64,000 nt of DNA, taken from NCBI GenBank assembly GCA_036172245.1, contig JAYWIR010000059.1, positions 124,001-188,000 of the forward strand, in the 5' to 3' direction. The notes beneath the pieces are model-generated. The model did not search any database. It was not told the DNA's origin and was given only the letters and a program-made list of their open reading frames with translations. This stretch comes from Raillietiella orientalis. Its lineage: Eukaryota. The position numbers and the translations under genes were made by a program. The first letter of the stretch is position 1, and each line of letters begins with the position of its first letter. Shown here piece by piece: positions 49,231-61,949 of the stretch.

Positions 49231-51700
49231 CTATGTCTTTGGCCCTTCCCACTCTATTAGGAGCTGAACCTGGTTTTCAGAAGTGATGCGCCTTGCAACC
49301 ACAGCAAACTTTTCTCCTGAGGAAATGCGTGTCTCAGCTCCAAAATAACTGCTGACTGAGGATTTCAATTCTTCTAAGTTATCTGAACCTACAGCACTTT
49401 TAATTGGTGATGGAAGGAGGGGAGAATGAACTGGTGATGTGCTCATTGTGTATGTGGCACCTGGATTCACCAGATCAGCATATTTAGCGACAAAAGTTCC
49501 TCGCTGTTCATGGTGCCGCCGTGGGCGCACTCGTCTCCTGCGTACTTCACCATTTTTGGTAACTTTTATATCCTTTTCACTAAGTTGCCTAGCTACTGGC
49601 CGAGCAATAGCTCGTTGCAAAAAGGGTATAAAGGAATGAAATGGGTTGTTGTGTCCTTCAAAATTGCAGGGAGTGGGAATAAAAGAGTCCAATGTGCCTC
49701 GGGAAGATGAATCATCACCACTCATTTCATTAGCTAGCAGTTTGCCTGGTGAAGAAAGTTGCTGGTGGCCATTGATTTTGTTACTCTGGAAAAAAAAAAA
49801 AAAAAGAAAAAGAAAAAAGGAAAAGAAGAAGAAGAAAAAAAAACAGCAATACTTGATGAAGACTAAATAATAACAAACCTTTTCGATGGCCTTGGTCAGC
49901 AGCCTGCGAGCATGCATAGCATTTAGACCATTGAGATGTGGTTTGCGACCAGGCTTTTTTTTCTGTGATGTCTCCAGTACCATTGTACTCGAGTTACACT
50001 TGGTTTTGATAGGCACAATGTGGAGCTTAGAGGAAGAGACCTCATTGCCCTCTGATTCCTCCATGATGGCCTCATCCAAAGTGTCATTTTGAAAATCTTT
50101 TGGTGTGCGTGGATGGCGCTTACTATCAGCATGATCACTGTCACGATTCACAGAAGTCTTTGGTTTCTCAGCAGATTTGTTCTTTGGTAGCAGAATGGCA
50201 GTCTGATCTCCACACGACTCTGGTTTTTTGGTCCGATTATCCCTCTTAGAGCTATGCACATGCCAGGCCAGTAGTATTGCTCACTTACTTGCTAAAATCA
50301 GACAAGCTATCATGATGGTCAGCTCTGGAACGACTCTTCCTAGCTCCATCTCCTTCATAAGATCTACAAATATTGGCATTCATGAATAATTTCCAAAGGA
50401 TAATTACTTATTACCTTTTGCGTTTTTCTTCTAGTTTTTTTTGCATGCTCTGAAGTTTCAAAGATCGGATCACAGCATCTGTGATCTTTCCTTCCCTGGG
50501 AAGGCAAAACTGAGGAACCTCAGGAGCTTTTGTCTCTCTCAGACAATACAAACCAGTCTTTTTCTTTGCCTCAGGTCCAGCTTTGAATCTAACAACAATG
50601 CTATTACTAATGTTGAATTGATTGCACCTACCTTGCTGGAAAACTATACAGACAGCGGATTATGTTCTGCAATCTCTCCCGAGGTTGAGCTCCAGCAAGA
50701 CTGGGAGGAAGCTGAAGGAGATCCCAATTCTCATGTGCATAAGGCATGATGGCACTGTGCAAGTCATAGAAAGTACGGCCCTGTTGCACATGCAGGTTAA
50801 AGAGGATGAGGTGCAGGACGTCAGCCCAGTCTAAGGGCAGGCGATGGATGTACTCATCACCCAGATTGCATATGGAGCAGGCAAACACATAGAAGCTACC
50901 ACACCATGGTGCTCTCTACATGGCTCAGCCTCACCGATCTCCATGGAACAAAGGAAAATCCAGACATTCTAGACAAGCTTCATGAAACCACTGCTGGCAT
51001 CGTCCACATTGGATCATTTTATTATACCACCTACGAAATCAATGATTACACAAATTTGATAAAGTACATTCTTACTCTCCAGGACCTCCACAATAACAAT
51101 AGATTTGCTCTTCATTGGTACAATGATTCTCATCCCAGGTAAGTGAAGGGAGCTAGCAACAGAGGTAAAGGTCTAAGCACATATTTGCACTTACATAATA
51201 AGGGAGTTCTTTCTTATTATCTTTTAAACGATCACCTTTTTTTTTGGCTTTATTTAATTTGACATCCTCTTTATTTAAGGTGCAGGTCTTGCACATCCAT
51301 CCACTTTCAATATTCGTTTTTTTAATAGGAGGCTAAAAGTACTCCTATCTTGCACAAAATCCCAATTACCTAGCTAACCTTGTAGCACTGCTGATGATAG
51401 GCAAACCCACAATATTCACATGGTACAATGTTATTGTCACCACAGAAATCGGATCCTAGACAAATGTTGCACACCTCTTCTGCTTGCTCACTTTTCAATT
51501 TAGCTACATCTTTGAATAACGACCATCTTTCAGAGTTATCATCAAACTGAATCAAACACTGTTGTTTTTTGGTATCCAGCTACAAAACAATGCAACCAAG
51601 GAAATTAAACATAATACAAGACCTGAACAATCTTCCCAAGATAGAAGAGGCCATCCTTTCCATGACTGAGAACTTCATCTCCCAATCTGAATGCAACCAT
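49231..51700 (-). CDS. Pcl: Polycomb-like protein (Pcl; PHF1/MTF2/PHF19 family): Tudor-PHD1-PHD2-EH winged helix-chromo-like, ~676 aa
   Basis: Exons 51700-51623, 51579-51379, 51332-51195, 51152-51076, 51030-50935, 50895-50632, 50588-50415, 50363-50289, 50251-49879 and 49785-49231 (2031 nt). Tudor [10 protein letters not shown]...IQFDDNS, PHD1 CNIC...[12 protein letters not shown]...WMCKTC, PHD2 [43 protein letters not shown]-terminal SYFGA...[12 protein letters not shown]...LIEWEG. The N-terminus may extend via a small exon at 51765-51786. Confidence 0.94.
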
Positions 51701-54700
51701 AATTGGGACACCATCTATTTCAACACAAAAATATCTCAGCTTCCCATCCAATTAAATGACTTACCAACATATATGATGTCATGCAGCTAAACACAAATTA
51801 TCTACATGATGACTTAATGAGTGCATTTTACTTGATAATGTACATAAATGTACAAGGTGCAAGAATCATAATGCAAAATTCATTTTCAATGTAAATAAAA
51901 GATTTTTAACTCAAACAATTTCTCAAAAGCGCATTCTATTATTTGTTAATTCAACAGTGTTAACTAGTGTGCTGAATAGGACTTGCTAACAATCAACATT
52001 TCTGAAAGTTGGCATCCTTGTGCAGATAGAGGTTTCAAGGATGGCAAAACTCTTGGGTAGCGTTCAGCCTTTGATCACTTCAAGTATAATGAGAAAATAT
52101 AAACATTTGGTTAGGAAGCAAGCACATACTTTCATCACACATTTACTTATAAACAACTGATAGTTGTTGACTATGCAAACTGATTGCGCAATTCCTAAGT
52201 TTAAAATTTACATCAAATCAACATTATATCCGCTTCTACTTTTTAAATAAATTTTTTTTCCAACCTGCTAATCGGTCACTACAATACAAAATTTTCGCAT
52301 GATTGTTGATTGCAACACACTTTTAAGCACGGCCCCCCCACTTGAATTTTTCTTAAATAATCTCTAACTTTAAATAAACTTTTCGAAAGTATAGTAATTA
52401 TTTCCATTATGTTTACGATATCATGCTGGATAACAAACTACACACAACGTTGGATTATCAAACACACATATGTAAAAAACGCTACTTCAATCATATAAGT
52501 AATCTAATTAAACAATCCGATGCTAATCACAATTTAGAAGAGGGAATATGGCAGCATGCTTAATGTAATCTTACGAAGCATTTTTCAAAATCCCGATTTT
52601 CAATTTAAGGCATACTGGTACATTGTACAAACTTTCGTTAACGGCAACGTCTACTATCTCGCTTCTCGGCGTTTCAAAACAAGACTACCACATTTGCATG
52701 CATTTTGTTTTCCAACCCTTATTAATACACAAAAGAAATAAGCAATATAACAGATGATAGACAAGAAACTTCATTTTAACTGTACGACTCTAATGCTTAA
52801 TGCTAAGAAATTTATTTGAATACTTTCTTTATTGTTCATTTTTCAATATTGGAAGCAAAAAATTGTAATTGTCAACTAATACTATTTCTCTAGAATACAT
52901 TAAAAGATAATATTAACTTATATGCACAAGCAATAAATAAATAATAACATACAGTTCTCAAAAAAAAATAGTAGCAAAAATATACAGCGGTACCTGTATC
53001 AGAATAATAAGGATCATAGTCACAATTTTACTTAAGCCATGTTTAACCTTAAACCTCAAGCTAAGTTTCCTGTTTTTCATTATGAAGTCTATATATACCA
53101 TGCTTATTAATGTAAACAATCATCATTTTAAAAAATTTTCTTGAATAAATGAACAGTATTAGGCCGATTACAGAGGAAGATATTACGAAGACAAGACATA
53201 AGACCTTAAGTGATAACTGAAGATAGCTGTTTTTCTAAACTTCCTTGAATTAAAAAATTGTCCTGTCTCATAAAATAGATAACAAGTAATTCTCGATGTA
53301 CTGTTGCACAATTTTTTCAGTTACATGTTTAAAGTTTTCAAACTTAAAAGCTGTCCGTATACATTTATAGAAAACAAATTCTAATGAAGTCTGGAACTCT
53401 TTCCATAAGTAATGTGTATTACAAACTCTGTAGGTCGAACTACATTTGTTTTCAGCTGTTGATTCCTTGATGCTTTCCTGCAAACATATTTTCTATTTAT
53501 GTAGTTCACCAAAACTATTTTTGCAGTTCTTCTAGTTTTCGAATACTTCTAGTTTTTCTACCCAAAGAAAATATATCAAGTACAATCATCAATTATTATG
53601 TCTAGTTACTGAGATAAATCATTGCCACAACGAAGACACTATTGATCGATTTTTCATGCATGGTAAACAATAGTATTATCAGAAAAATATGACAATGTTG
53701 TTTTCGTTGACTTGGTTATTTACTAACACTTTTCTGATTTTCAGACCTAGAAATTACCTGCAAAGTGTTTGGAAGATTTCGAATAATCGGGTTATTTAAT
53801 TAAGCCTAGCAATAAAAACTAATGTTTCATAAACTCATGTCAAACTATCTAAAATGTAGCTTTGTCGATGCTAAAATACTGATATAAATCTGATATTTTT
53901 TTTGCCCATTAATTAAGCGAGATGGCTTGGAACTCTTACTGATCATTCGTTTCAGTGTTTGTGGAGCGATTGGGATTTTTCATTCCAAACTTTCTCGAAA
54001 TGAAAGTTTCCTTACAGAGAAAACAGCATAAAAGTCTTTTTTCTTTTGTATTCCTTCTTTTAAAGAAACTTGTCACCTATCGTTGCCTCTTTGTCAAGAG
54101 AAAGTCACTAATCATAATATACCATAGGAGCTGAAGGTGTTGATAGAGAATAATGAACAAATTACAATAACTTGAATAACTGTATAGTGACTTTAATTCC
54201 TATGTTCATTTTTTCTTTTTGATTTTTGGCAAGGTTTTTACATTTTCTGGAGCATTTTCTCCTGTTTTGATCCCTACACAGACGTGAATTTTCTCAGATA
54301 TTTCTCTCACGAGCGATTCTAAAAAAAATTAGCTTGCTAATTTATTGATGAGAGAACAAAATCAGTACACTTATGTGATACTTCTTTAATTGCAATATCT
54401 ATTAATTTCATCTGCTTAGAACTGGAGTATTTAAAAGAAAACAGTAATGTCCATATTTAGTACAGATTCCGCCTACTAATGCTCCAGCTCTCATTAACAA
54501 TCCTGATTGTATCATGCTGATCTGTTTTGTGGAACGACAGTGGTAAAATAGTTGACAACTTTTCTGAGCTATGTTTAAAGTGGAGCTTCTCTCCAAAAAC
54601 TAAGAGGGGAAGTGGTCTTCACGTTCCTGAAGAATTCGCCTGCGATTTCCATAGTCCACGAATCGAAAATGCATAAGTTAGATGACTGATGACTCATGTG

Positions 54701-56260
54701 TTCATTGCCAGGTATTTAAACGAAGTTTAGGGACGTTGACTGAATATCTTTCCTCTGAAAGAGCACAACAGGTTTCTTATAGGAAAACACACATGAATAG
54801 GTGGAAATGGAAGGAGAAAGAAGCATGGGTTTCAAAGGGAACACTGATTCTTCTTTGCGTAATGAAACAACAGCATGGGAAGGATAATCGGAATTAGGTC
54901 AGGAGTTCATGCAACCTGGTAAGATACCAGAAAATCAGGAACAAACGGTGGTTCAAAACAGGAAAAAAGGAAAAGAAAAAAAGCTTTTTGAAACAGAGAT
55001 CTCAATTGGAAGCCGAAAAGATTTCGGAAGGACTTCCTTCCTTTCTCTTTTTCCTTGAAGGAACCATAAGGAATGCAGCAGTTTTCCTGGTTAGAAGAAA
55101 GTAAGGTAAGGAAAAAACGACGCACTTGGCATTTCGAAAATTTCTAGCTGAAAAAGTTTCGGGAGCTGATGAAGTGCCTCAACAGCCATCACCTCAGCAA
55201 GCATTCCAGCCTCAAAGGATACAAAAACATTGAAGAATCAACATTTGGAACTCTTTAGAAAGCCTCATTTCCTAGTCATCCTCCCGTTGCCATTTCCCTC
55301 GACCCTTTCCCCAAAACTCAAACCCAGCCCAAGCAGATTCAGATGTTTGTGCAATCAGTAGGGCTGCACATTGAAGACGCGTCGAAAAACTGATCATGAC
55401 TAAAAGTGCCTCTCAGATGGCAACGTTATGCAAACTTTTTTGCGTACCTCTCGGGATGTTGTGGATGGACGAGGCGGAAAGTTCAGGATTTTGCCACAAT
55501 TGGGCTAGGTGGACTAGGTTTCAGGAAGGCTCGTTGGTGGAAAGGCTAACACGGTATTGATCCGATTGGAGATTTTCTTGAATTGAAATGAGTGAATTAT
55601 TTCATTTTCGGAGTGCAGCGATGCGCACAAATCGATATTTCTTTCAGTCGTTTACAGCCTGGAAATGCAAGAAGTGGAGCAAAATGCATCACCTAATGGT
55701 AATGCAAATGCATCACCTATCAGATTCGTGCAGTTGGATGCAAAACTTTGCGCACAGTTATTCGGTCAGGAACAAGAGAGCAAAAAAGAGAATTCAGCAT
55801 CATTCAGTGGATTCGAAGAGTTCCGGTATTCTTAGATCTGAGCGGAGAATGATGCTTTCTTTCGCAGTCGCTGATTTTGTCTCTTTTGCAATGGCTACAT
55901 AATACTTTCCTTGACCTTGCTTTAGAGCTCACGAAGACTCCGGGATAAGAGGTCAGAATGCGACCTATCTCTTGACTAACCTCTCAGATGTATGCTGAGC
56001 TACGCAATGCGGGACTCTACACTCTACAGCTTATTCTCGGTTCACGGCATGGCTACGTGATCGGGAAAACGGTCCAAGGAAGATTCGTGTGATTTGCGTG
56101 GAGGCACTCACGTTTCTAGAATCCCGAACGAAAAGATGCCTTTGAATTCAGATATCTTATCTGAGTCTTCCTTTTCCCAACGAACGTCATCTCACATTCA
56201 TAGCTTCGTTACATCAGTGGGCAGGAGAGTTCGATTGGTTTTCCGTTTGTTTGGTTGGAT

Positions 56261-56379
56261 CATAGGTTCCCAAACTTGTTTGGTCTACCGCCCCTTTTTC
56301 AGATAAAAAAGTACTCAGAGCCCCCCTGAATCGTTACAGAGCCCACTAGGGGGCGGTATCGCCCACTTAGGAAGCACTG
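56261..56379. mobile_element. hAT/Charlie-like MITE (~120 bp)
   Basis: Begins CATAGGTTCCCAAACTT and ends CGCCCACTTAGGAAGCACTG, with internal GCCCCCC/GGGGGC. Shares CCCCTGAATCGTT and GCCCACTT with 58510-58552. No TSD seen. Confidence 0.55.
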
Positions 56380-56616
56380 ATATATACTCACGTGTAACTT
56401 GCTGTTTTATCAAAATTATTTTACAAATTAATGCACTTACACTATTCTTAACTGCTTCTTACATAGTTCAGAAACAATCTAAATTTGATTTCGTAGTTTC
56501 GCTATTGATAGCATCGTATTGTACACATGCAATGACATGCACACATTCCTGCAGGTGCATGCTGGACTTTCCGACAACGCGCGACACGCTCGTCTGTCAA
56601 CACTTGCTTGCTTGAC

Positions 56617-58260
56617 TATCACCCGGATATGCCGGGGCATTTATTTACGAAAAATAGAAATACAATAAATTTTCTCGTGGTGAACCCAAAGACTCACCAT
56701 GCCACGACAACTTATTGGTTGCCAGTGCAGAGACCGGCGAGGTCCATCCAGCGCGCGGGGGTAGGAATAAAGTAAACAAAAAGAAACAAAGGGAAATGTG
56801 GGGAGGGAAGAAATGTTTAGGGATGGGGAGGGCGGGAAAGGGATCACATTGCGCGTGGATCGGTCCTCTAGACCCTGTTCAGGATCCTAACAAGCTGCGT
56901 CCGTTCTGCGCTCAGGTGGGGCCACCTGGACACGGTCCTTGCAAAGATGCGTATCCAATGGAAGGCATCCTTGCCATTCTGTCCTCTTCAGGACGCGTTC
57001 CATACCGCCACGATTCCAAGAATGTATCACAGAACTGCTACAGACGCGGCCGGGGGCAATGCGGCACGCGAGTCGAGGCGCCTGAAAATCCTTGGGGTCG
57101 CCTCCACCAATGTTCAGGATCGTCGGAAAACAATTCCAAAGGGGACGGAGGGTAATGCATTCCACGAGAAGAGGAAGTCTGCGGGAAAGTCTCTTCCTTC
57201 CCGCACAGGCCACAAAGGGCATCTACACTACCACGTGTCCAGTGTGTGAGGCGTGCTTTGCATGGGAGTTCCCAATGCAAGATAAGCAACGCCACCTCCT
57301 GCTACTTCACTGTTCCAAGACGCTGGGGGCCACTTTACCTCCTCCGGTAATGCGAGTAGCTCGCCTCAGCGTAAAAGTCCGTTGGGCGGTACACTCGGGG
57401 TCGCAGCGTCCGCTAGCTGCCGAGATGTCCACGCCTTGATCGGTTGGGTCCTGCTGTCAATGACGCAGGACAATTTGCACTTTCCCTGCTCTTTACTATC
57501 CCTAGAGTTCACCAGGGAGGGCAGCACTGGGCAAGGGGGGTAATCAACGCTCACAGCAGTTTGTTGTGGGATTGCACAATCTCCTGCAGCCTCCTGCGGG
57601 CGTGCCTTCGAAAGCAAGTGTTCTTGGTTACTCTCGGAACGTGGATCTTTTGCGATGTGGAGATTGACTCCCGCAGCCATGCGGAGCAGTTCACTGGGAG
57701 GCAGGAGATCCAGGCGTTCTCCCGAACCACAACGGCCATGCGACGCAGCTGAGGACCGCAGTGCGTCAGCCTGCAGTCACGCGTCACTAGAAACGACTAC
57801 AGTCCACCGAATCCTGAGGCTCGTTGGGCCAAGAGGCATGCTGGAACGCACCAGGGCGTATCCCACATTTCCGCCTCAAGGGCAAGAGTCCGGAATCGGA
57901 GCTGCAGCTCCATGCACTCCAATGTAAGGAGGCCAAGTCCACCGTCCCTACGTGGAGCACACAAGTCTTTTAATAGCACGCGGGACCTCCCTTTGCCCCA
58001 CAGGGCTGTCCTTAGGAGGCCCGCTGCTCACTTTCGAATGATGGGAGGGGCAGGGCAAACAAATAGCAGGGGGCGAAGGAGGGAAGCCGCAAACGCGTTC
58101 CACAGAGCGGTCCGTTTCTGCAAGTAAAACTTGCCTTCATGGAACGGGCCGATCTCCAACATTGCCTTCTGGAGACGGTCGGACCAGGCTTCTGCTGCGC
58201 AGAAGTCCCCCAACGGAACGCCAAGGTACTTGAGCACCTGCCCATGGGGATCCTCAAGTG
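56617..58260 (-). mobile_element. Decayed 3' half of an L1/Tx1-family element
   Basis: LKYLGVPLGDFCAAEAWSDRLQK, LKDLCAPRRDGGLGLLTLE, WTSRQLADAATPSVPPNGLLR, CGLCGKEETFP. Ends AATAAATGCCCCGGCATATCCGGGTGATA. Confidence 0.9.
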
Positions 58261-58434
58261 GATTGCTTGCTTGAGGCCGGTCGGCAGACTTGACCACGAA
58301 TCGATTACAACTTGCATTTTGTGTGTTTATTTGGTAAAAGTACCAAATTATTACGACTTCCCATGGTGCACAACAGATGAAACTTGTACGAGCGTTTTTT
58401 TTTTTAATTTTTTCGTTTCTTCTTTGTTTATTCT

Positions 58435-58552
58435 TTCACCCCCCCCCCTCCCAATATAAATATAGGGATATTTATATTCAATGCCCCCCAATTGCACTTG
58501 AGGTTACTATCGCTCCCCTGAATCGTTCCATTGCCCACTTTGGGAACCTGTG
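58435..58552. mobile_element. Right end of a hAT/Charlie-like MITE
   Basis: Ends GCCCACTTTGGGAACCTGTG, whose reverse complement CACAGGTTCCCAAA matches the TIR at 56261. Confidence 0.55.
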
Positions 58553-59579
58553 TGAACTGAGCGTCCCCAAGTTTTCTTGCAAAACCGATTATTTGTTTTG
58601 CTTCGTTGGTTTCCTTATCTGATTCCCAGGCATTGGGCCACAGACCTTCGCATCCTGAATCCTCCAAATGAAAATTCCAGGATTATTCTTCCCTTAAAAC
58701 AGACCACCTTGCCGAGGGCTTGAAAGCATTTCGTGCGAGCGTTTTCATATTTTTGGCGGAGACAAATATCGGGCGCATGGTGCATGATGCACCAACGCAT
58801 CATGAGCTGCCCAGAATTCGAGTTGCTAGGGAGACATTGAAAGTAACAAAATGATTTCTGTTCGTCATAGTTTTTGTTTCGTTTCCAGAATTTTCAGGTC
58901 CCCCCCCCTCTCTTTCAAGATTTCGAGTGATGGTTGATGGATTCGATGCAAGGATGTGAAAAGGAAGCTGCTCTTCTTTACACGAAATCGGGTCTTCCCA
59001 TGCAGACTATAGATTCGGTAAAAGTCGGTGAGCCTGAAGTGGATTCTCCTGGACTAATTTCATAAAATGTAACTTGGCTGGGTAGGGGTTCATGAAATCG
59101 CTTTCCTTTGTTTCGTGCTCTTTTTGGATAATTCCTCGCTGCCTGTCCCTCAACGAATCACTGGAATTCAGAACAGGAATTCCAGTACTGTAACAAGAAT
59201 GATCTCAGGCCCAACAAGAACAGCTGGGCGCATTCGCGTAACTGCTTCTCCACCCGCAAGAGCATTCACTGAATCTCGCCACCAAAACTCATTACATAGC
59301 GCTCATTATCAGAGAGAACGCATTTCTGATAGAGTTTTCAGTGCGATGGAAGCTGGTTTATTTTTATTTAACGGACTAGAGATCTAAAAAGGGTTGGATT
59401 TCGGCCCACGTCGGAGACCGAGTGGCTGCGGTCTTCGTTCGTGTTTCCCAGGCGTTGCGGGCTCTAATACCCGTAAAGGATCGAGATCAGAGAAATTGGG
59501 GCGTCGTGGATTTCGCATTCCCCCCGCGAGATGACACTGGTTGGCCTATTTTTGGGTGCGGCACTGGTGGCAGTCAGAT

Positions 59580-59974
59580 GCCCCCTTTGGGGTCCTTCTA
59601 GCAATCAAGGAGCCGTTTTCCTTCGGGGTACCCCTCCTGTTGTGCAAATTGAGCCATAACCCCCTGCCTAAGGGGATGGGAGTGACCTTCCATCTCTTAC
59701 CGTGGAGCTGGTGGATTGGTACCTCTCCAGAGTGGTCAAGAAGCACGCTGCACCCTTCGAAGAGAGATCCTTCATCGAAAACTCGAAAGTGTCCCTTCAG
59801 GGTCCCATCCCAAGCGTGAGAGGAACGGACTCCTTCCTCCGGAGTCTTCCTGGATTCATAAGGTGGTCCCCTCCCAGTCATCTTGAAGAGTAACACGCAA
59901 CCTCGGGTGATGTGGAGCAGTGTTAAAGAAGCCTCCTTAGGGAGGCTTTTGAGGAGGCCTCTAAGGAGGCGAAT
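59580..59974 (-). repeat. Dispersed repeat, copy B (homologous to 14914-15280)
   Basis: Same conserved blocks. Translates as TIRLLRGLLKSLPKEASL versus [18 protein letters not shown] in copy A. Confidence 0.75.
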
Positions 59975-60069
59975 AGTTAATAAGGAACTAAATAGAAAAA
60001 AAAAAAAAGGAACTGGAAGGAAAACAGCGGAAAGAACCACCAAAAGATTTCCATCATCCTAGGCCAGTG

Positions 60070-61014
60070 GACCTCCCTTGCCCCCGTACTGCTTCCTTCC
60101 CTAAGGGAAGCAAGGAACAGAGTAGTCCCGGCAGGGTGGGGAGTGACGTGCTGCATTGCAGCAAAGACGGAACTTCTAAGGGGGTGGACAACTCGGCAGC
60201 TGGTGGACGCTGCCACTCCGAGCGTCCCACCCAAAGGACTGCTACGCCGGGGAGAGCTGCTCGACATCCCTCCGGAGAAGGTGGGGTGGCTCCCAGAGTG
60301 CCGGAACAGTGGCGCCCTCCCCCTCAAGTGACGGGAGTTGGCGTTGATGATGGTGAATGGGGAATCCGATGTGAAGCGCGCCCTTCACATTGGACAAGGA
60401 AGATGCTCAGTGCGACAGGTGCGGGAGGAGACCCTCGCTCACCTGCTGTTGAACTGTGCCTCCACCTGACCCCTTTGGGATCGCGTAGCGACGATCCTAG
60501 ATATTCCAGTGGGCAGCCCCAGGGACATTTTCAGACTCCTCTTCCCGCGCGGTGCCGTATTGTGTCCAGCCTCAATCCTTTGCTGTCTTCATGGGATGGT
60601 GGCAGCCTGGAAAGCCAGAATAAGAGGCCAGAATAGAAGGGATGCCATTCATTGGCTAAGAATCCTCTTGAGGACCGTCACGAGATGGCCTCAACAGGGC
60701 AACACCCGGAGCTTGCCAGCATCCTAGACAGGTTTCAGAGGACGCTTTGCAGCGAACTGTGATCCTTCCCCCGATTCGATCCCCTTCCCCTTCCTCCCGA
60801 GAAAAGCTTTCCCATCCTTTTTTGTGTTTGTTGCTTTTTTTCGTTTTCGTTTTTCTCTTCCCTCACGCTGCCGAAGAGGACCTCGCCGGTCTGCGTCCCG
60901 GTATTCGGCAGGCTCAGTGTGTTTCCCTTTAGTACGTGATGGAACCGCGTGCTCTACCGCAAAAATGTAAATTTATTTTATGTAATAAATGCTCCGGAAA
61001 AACCGGATGAAAAA
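60070..61014 (+). mobile_element. Decayed 3' end of an L1/Tx1-family element
   Basis: WTTRQLVDAATPSVPPKGLLR, PASILCCLHGMVAAWK. 3'UTR with GGACCTCGCCGGTCTGCG and AATAAATGCTCCGGAAAAACCGGATGAAAA. Confidence 0.88.
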
Positions 61015-61949
61015 TACGGCGTGGAGCCGTTGTATTTTCCTCTCTGCGGTCCGAAATCTTCCTCTGTCATCCTCCGTGAATTTCTGCATTACGAAAACAC
61101 AAAACACAGCGCAGCAGGCTTTCCTTTTGAAGAAGTCTCCGAAGGAGCCACGCACCGGCAGCGGCTCTGCAGAAACCTCATCGGTCCGACGGTATGCGAC
61201 GCCAGACGATCTTCCTAAGAGCACCGGGTGATGTCGTAGAAACACCCCACAGATTTTCCAGGAACCCTCGGTGATTCCCTATGAAAGTCCAGCATTTCCT
61301 GGTACCGCGAATCCGCTGGACTCAGCACAGGAACGATCTATCGTACCATGTGCTACAGGATCCAGTGGACTCCAGGAGTCAGCATTTTGTAGATGAGGAG
61401 ACCTTCCCGCGTTCGCTCATCTCCGTGGCGCGGCCTTCGAGAAGGATGGGTCAAAGTGCCTGTCCCTTCCCCACCTTGGCCAGAAAGACCTGTTCAGAAT
61501 GGTTCTTGCGCACCAACGGCCTCTCGGAGGCTCCTACGCCCGACTCTATCTGTGTGCTGCCTACTTGCCATGGTGACATCCTAGCTCTCGAAAGACAACC
61601 AGAAGCGAAAGGTTGAAAACCTCCAGGCATGAAAGGAACTGCTGTTTACGGCGCGCAGGTGAGCATATTTGGCGAGAAAGGATCACGAGGAGCTGGAAGG
61701 ATACATCAGCCGATTGTCAGGCGCCAGGATACCAGTCGATGCCGGTCATTTTTCCCCTTCCCTTCCCCTCCTTCTCCCTCAGAGGATTCTCCAGATGCTT
61801 TGAATGACTTTCCCTCCCTCTAGAATAAGAAAATTGTATCTTTATTTATACATTTTTTAAAGCACAAATGCAGTTCCGGTGCATCCAGGTATGCAACACC
61901 GTCGAATGGATCAGCGTGCGCTGTCCGCCCGTTCACTTTTTGGGAACAA

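Noticed and set aside
49231..50259. 342-aa ORF as a standalone membrane protein
   Set aside because: It is the last two Pcl exons read through an in-frame intron; the Phe run is the polypyrimidine tract.
55681..55719. Short direct repeat AAATGCATCACCTA x2 (similar case at 27422-27470)
   Set aside because: Only two units; an ordinary slippage duplication, not an array.
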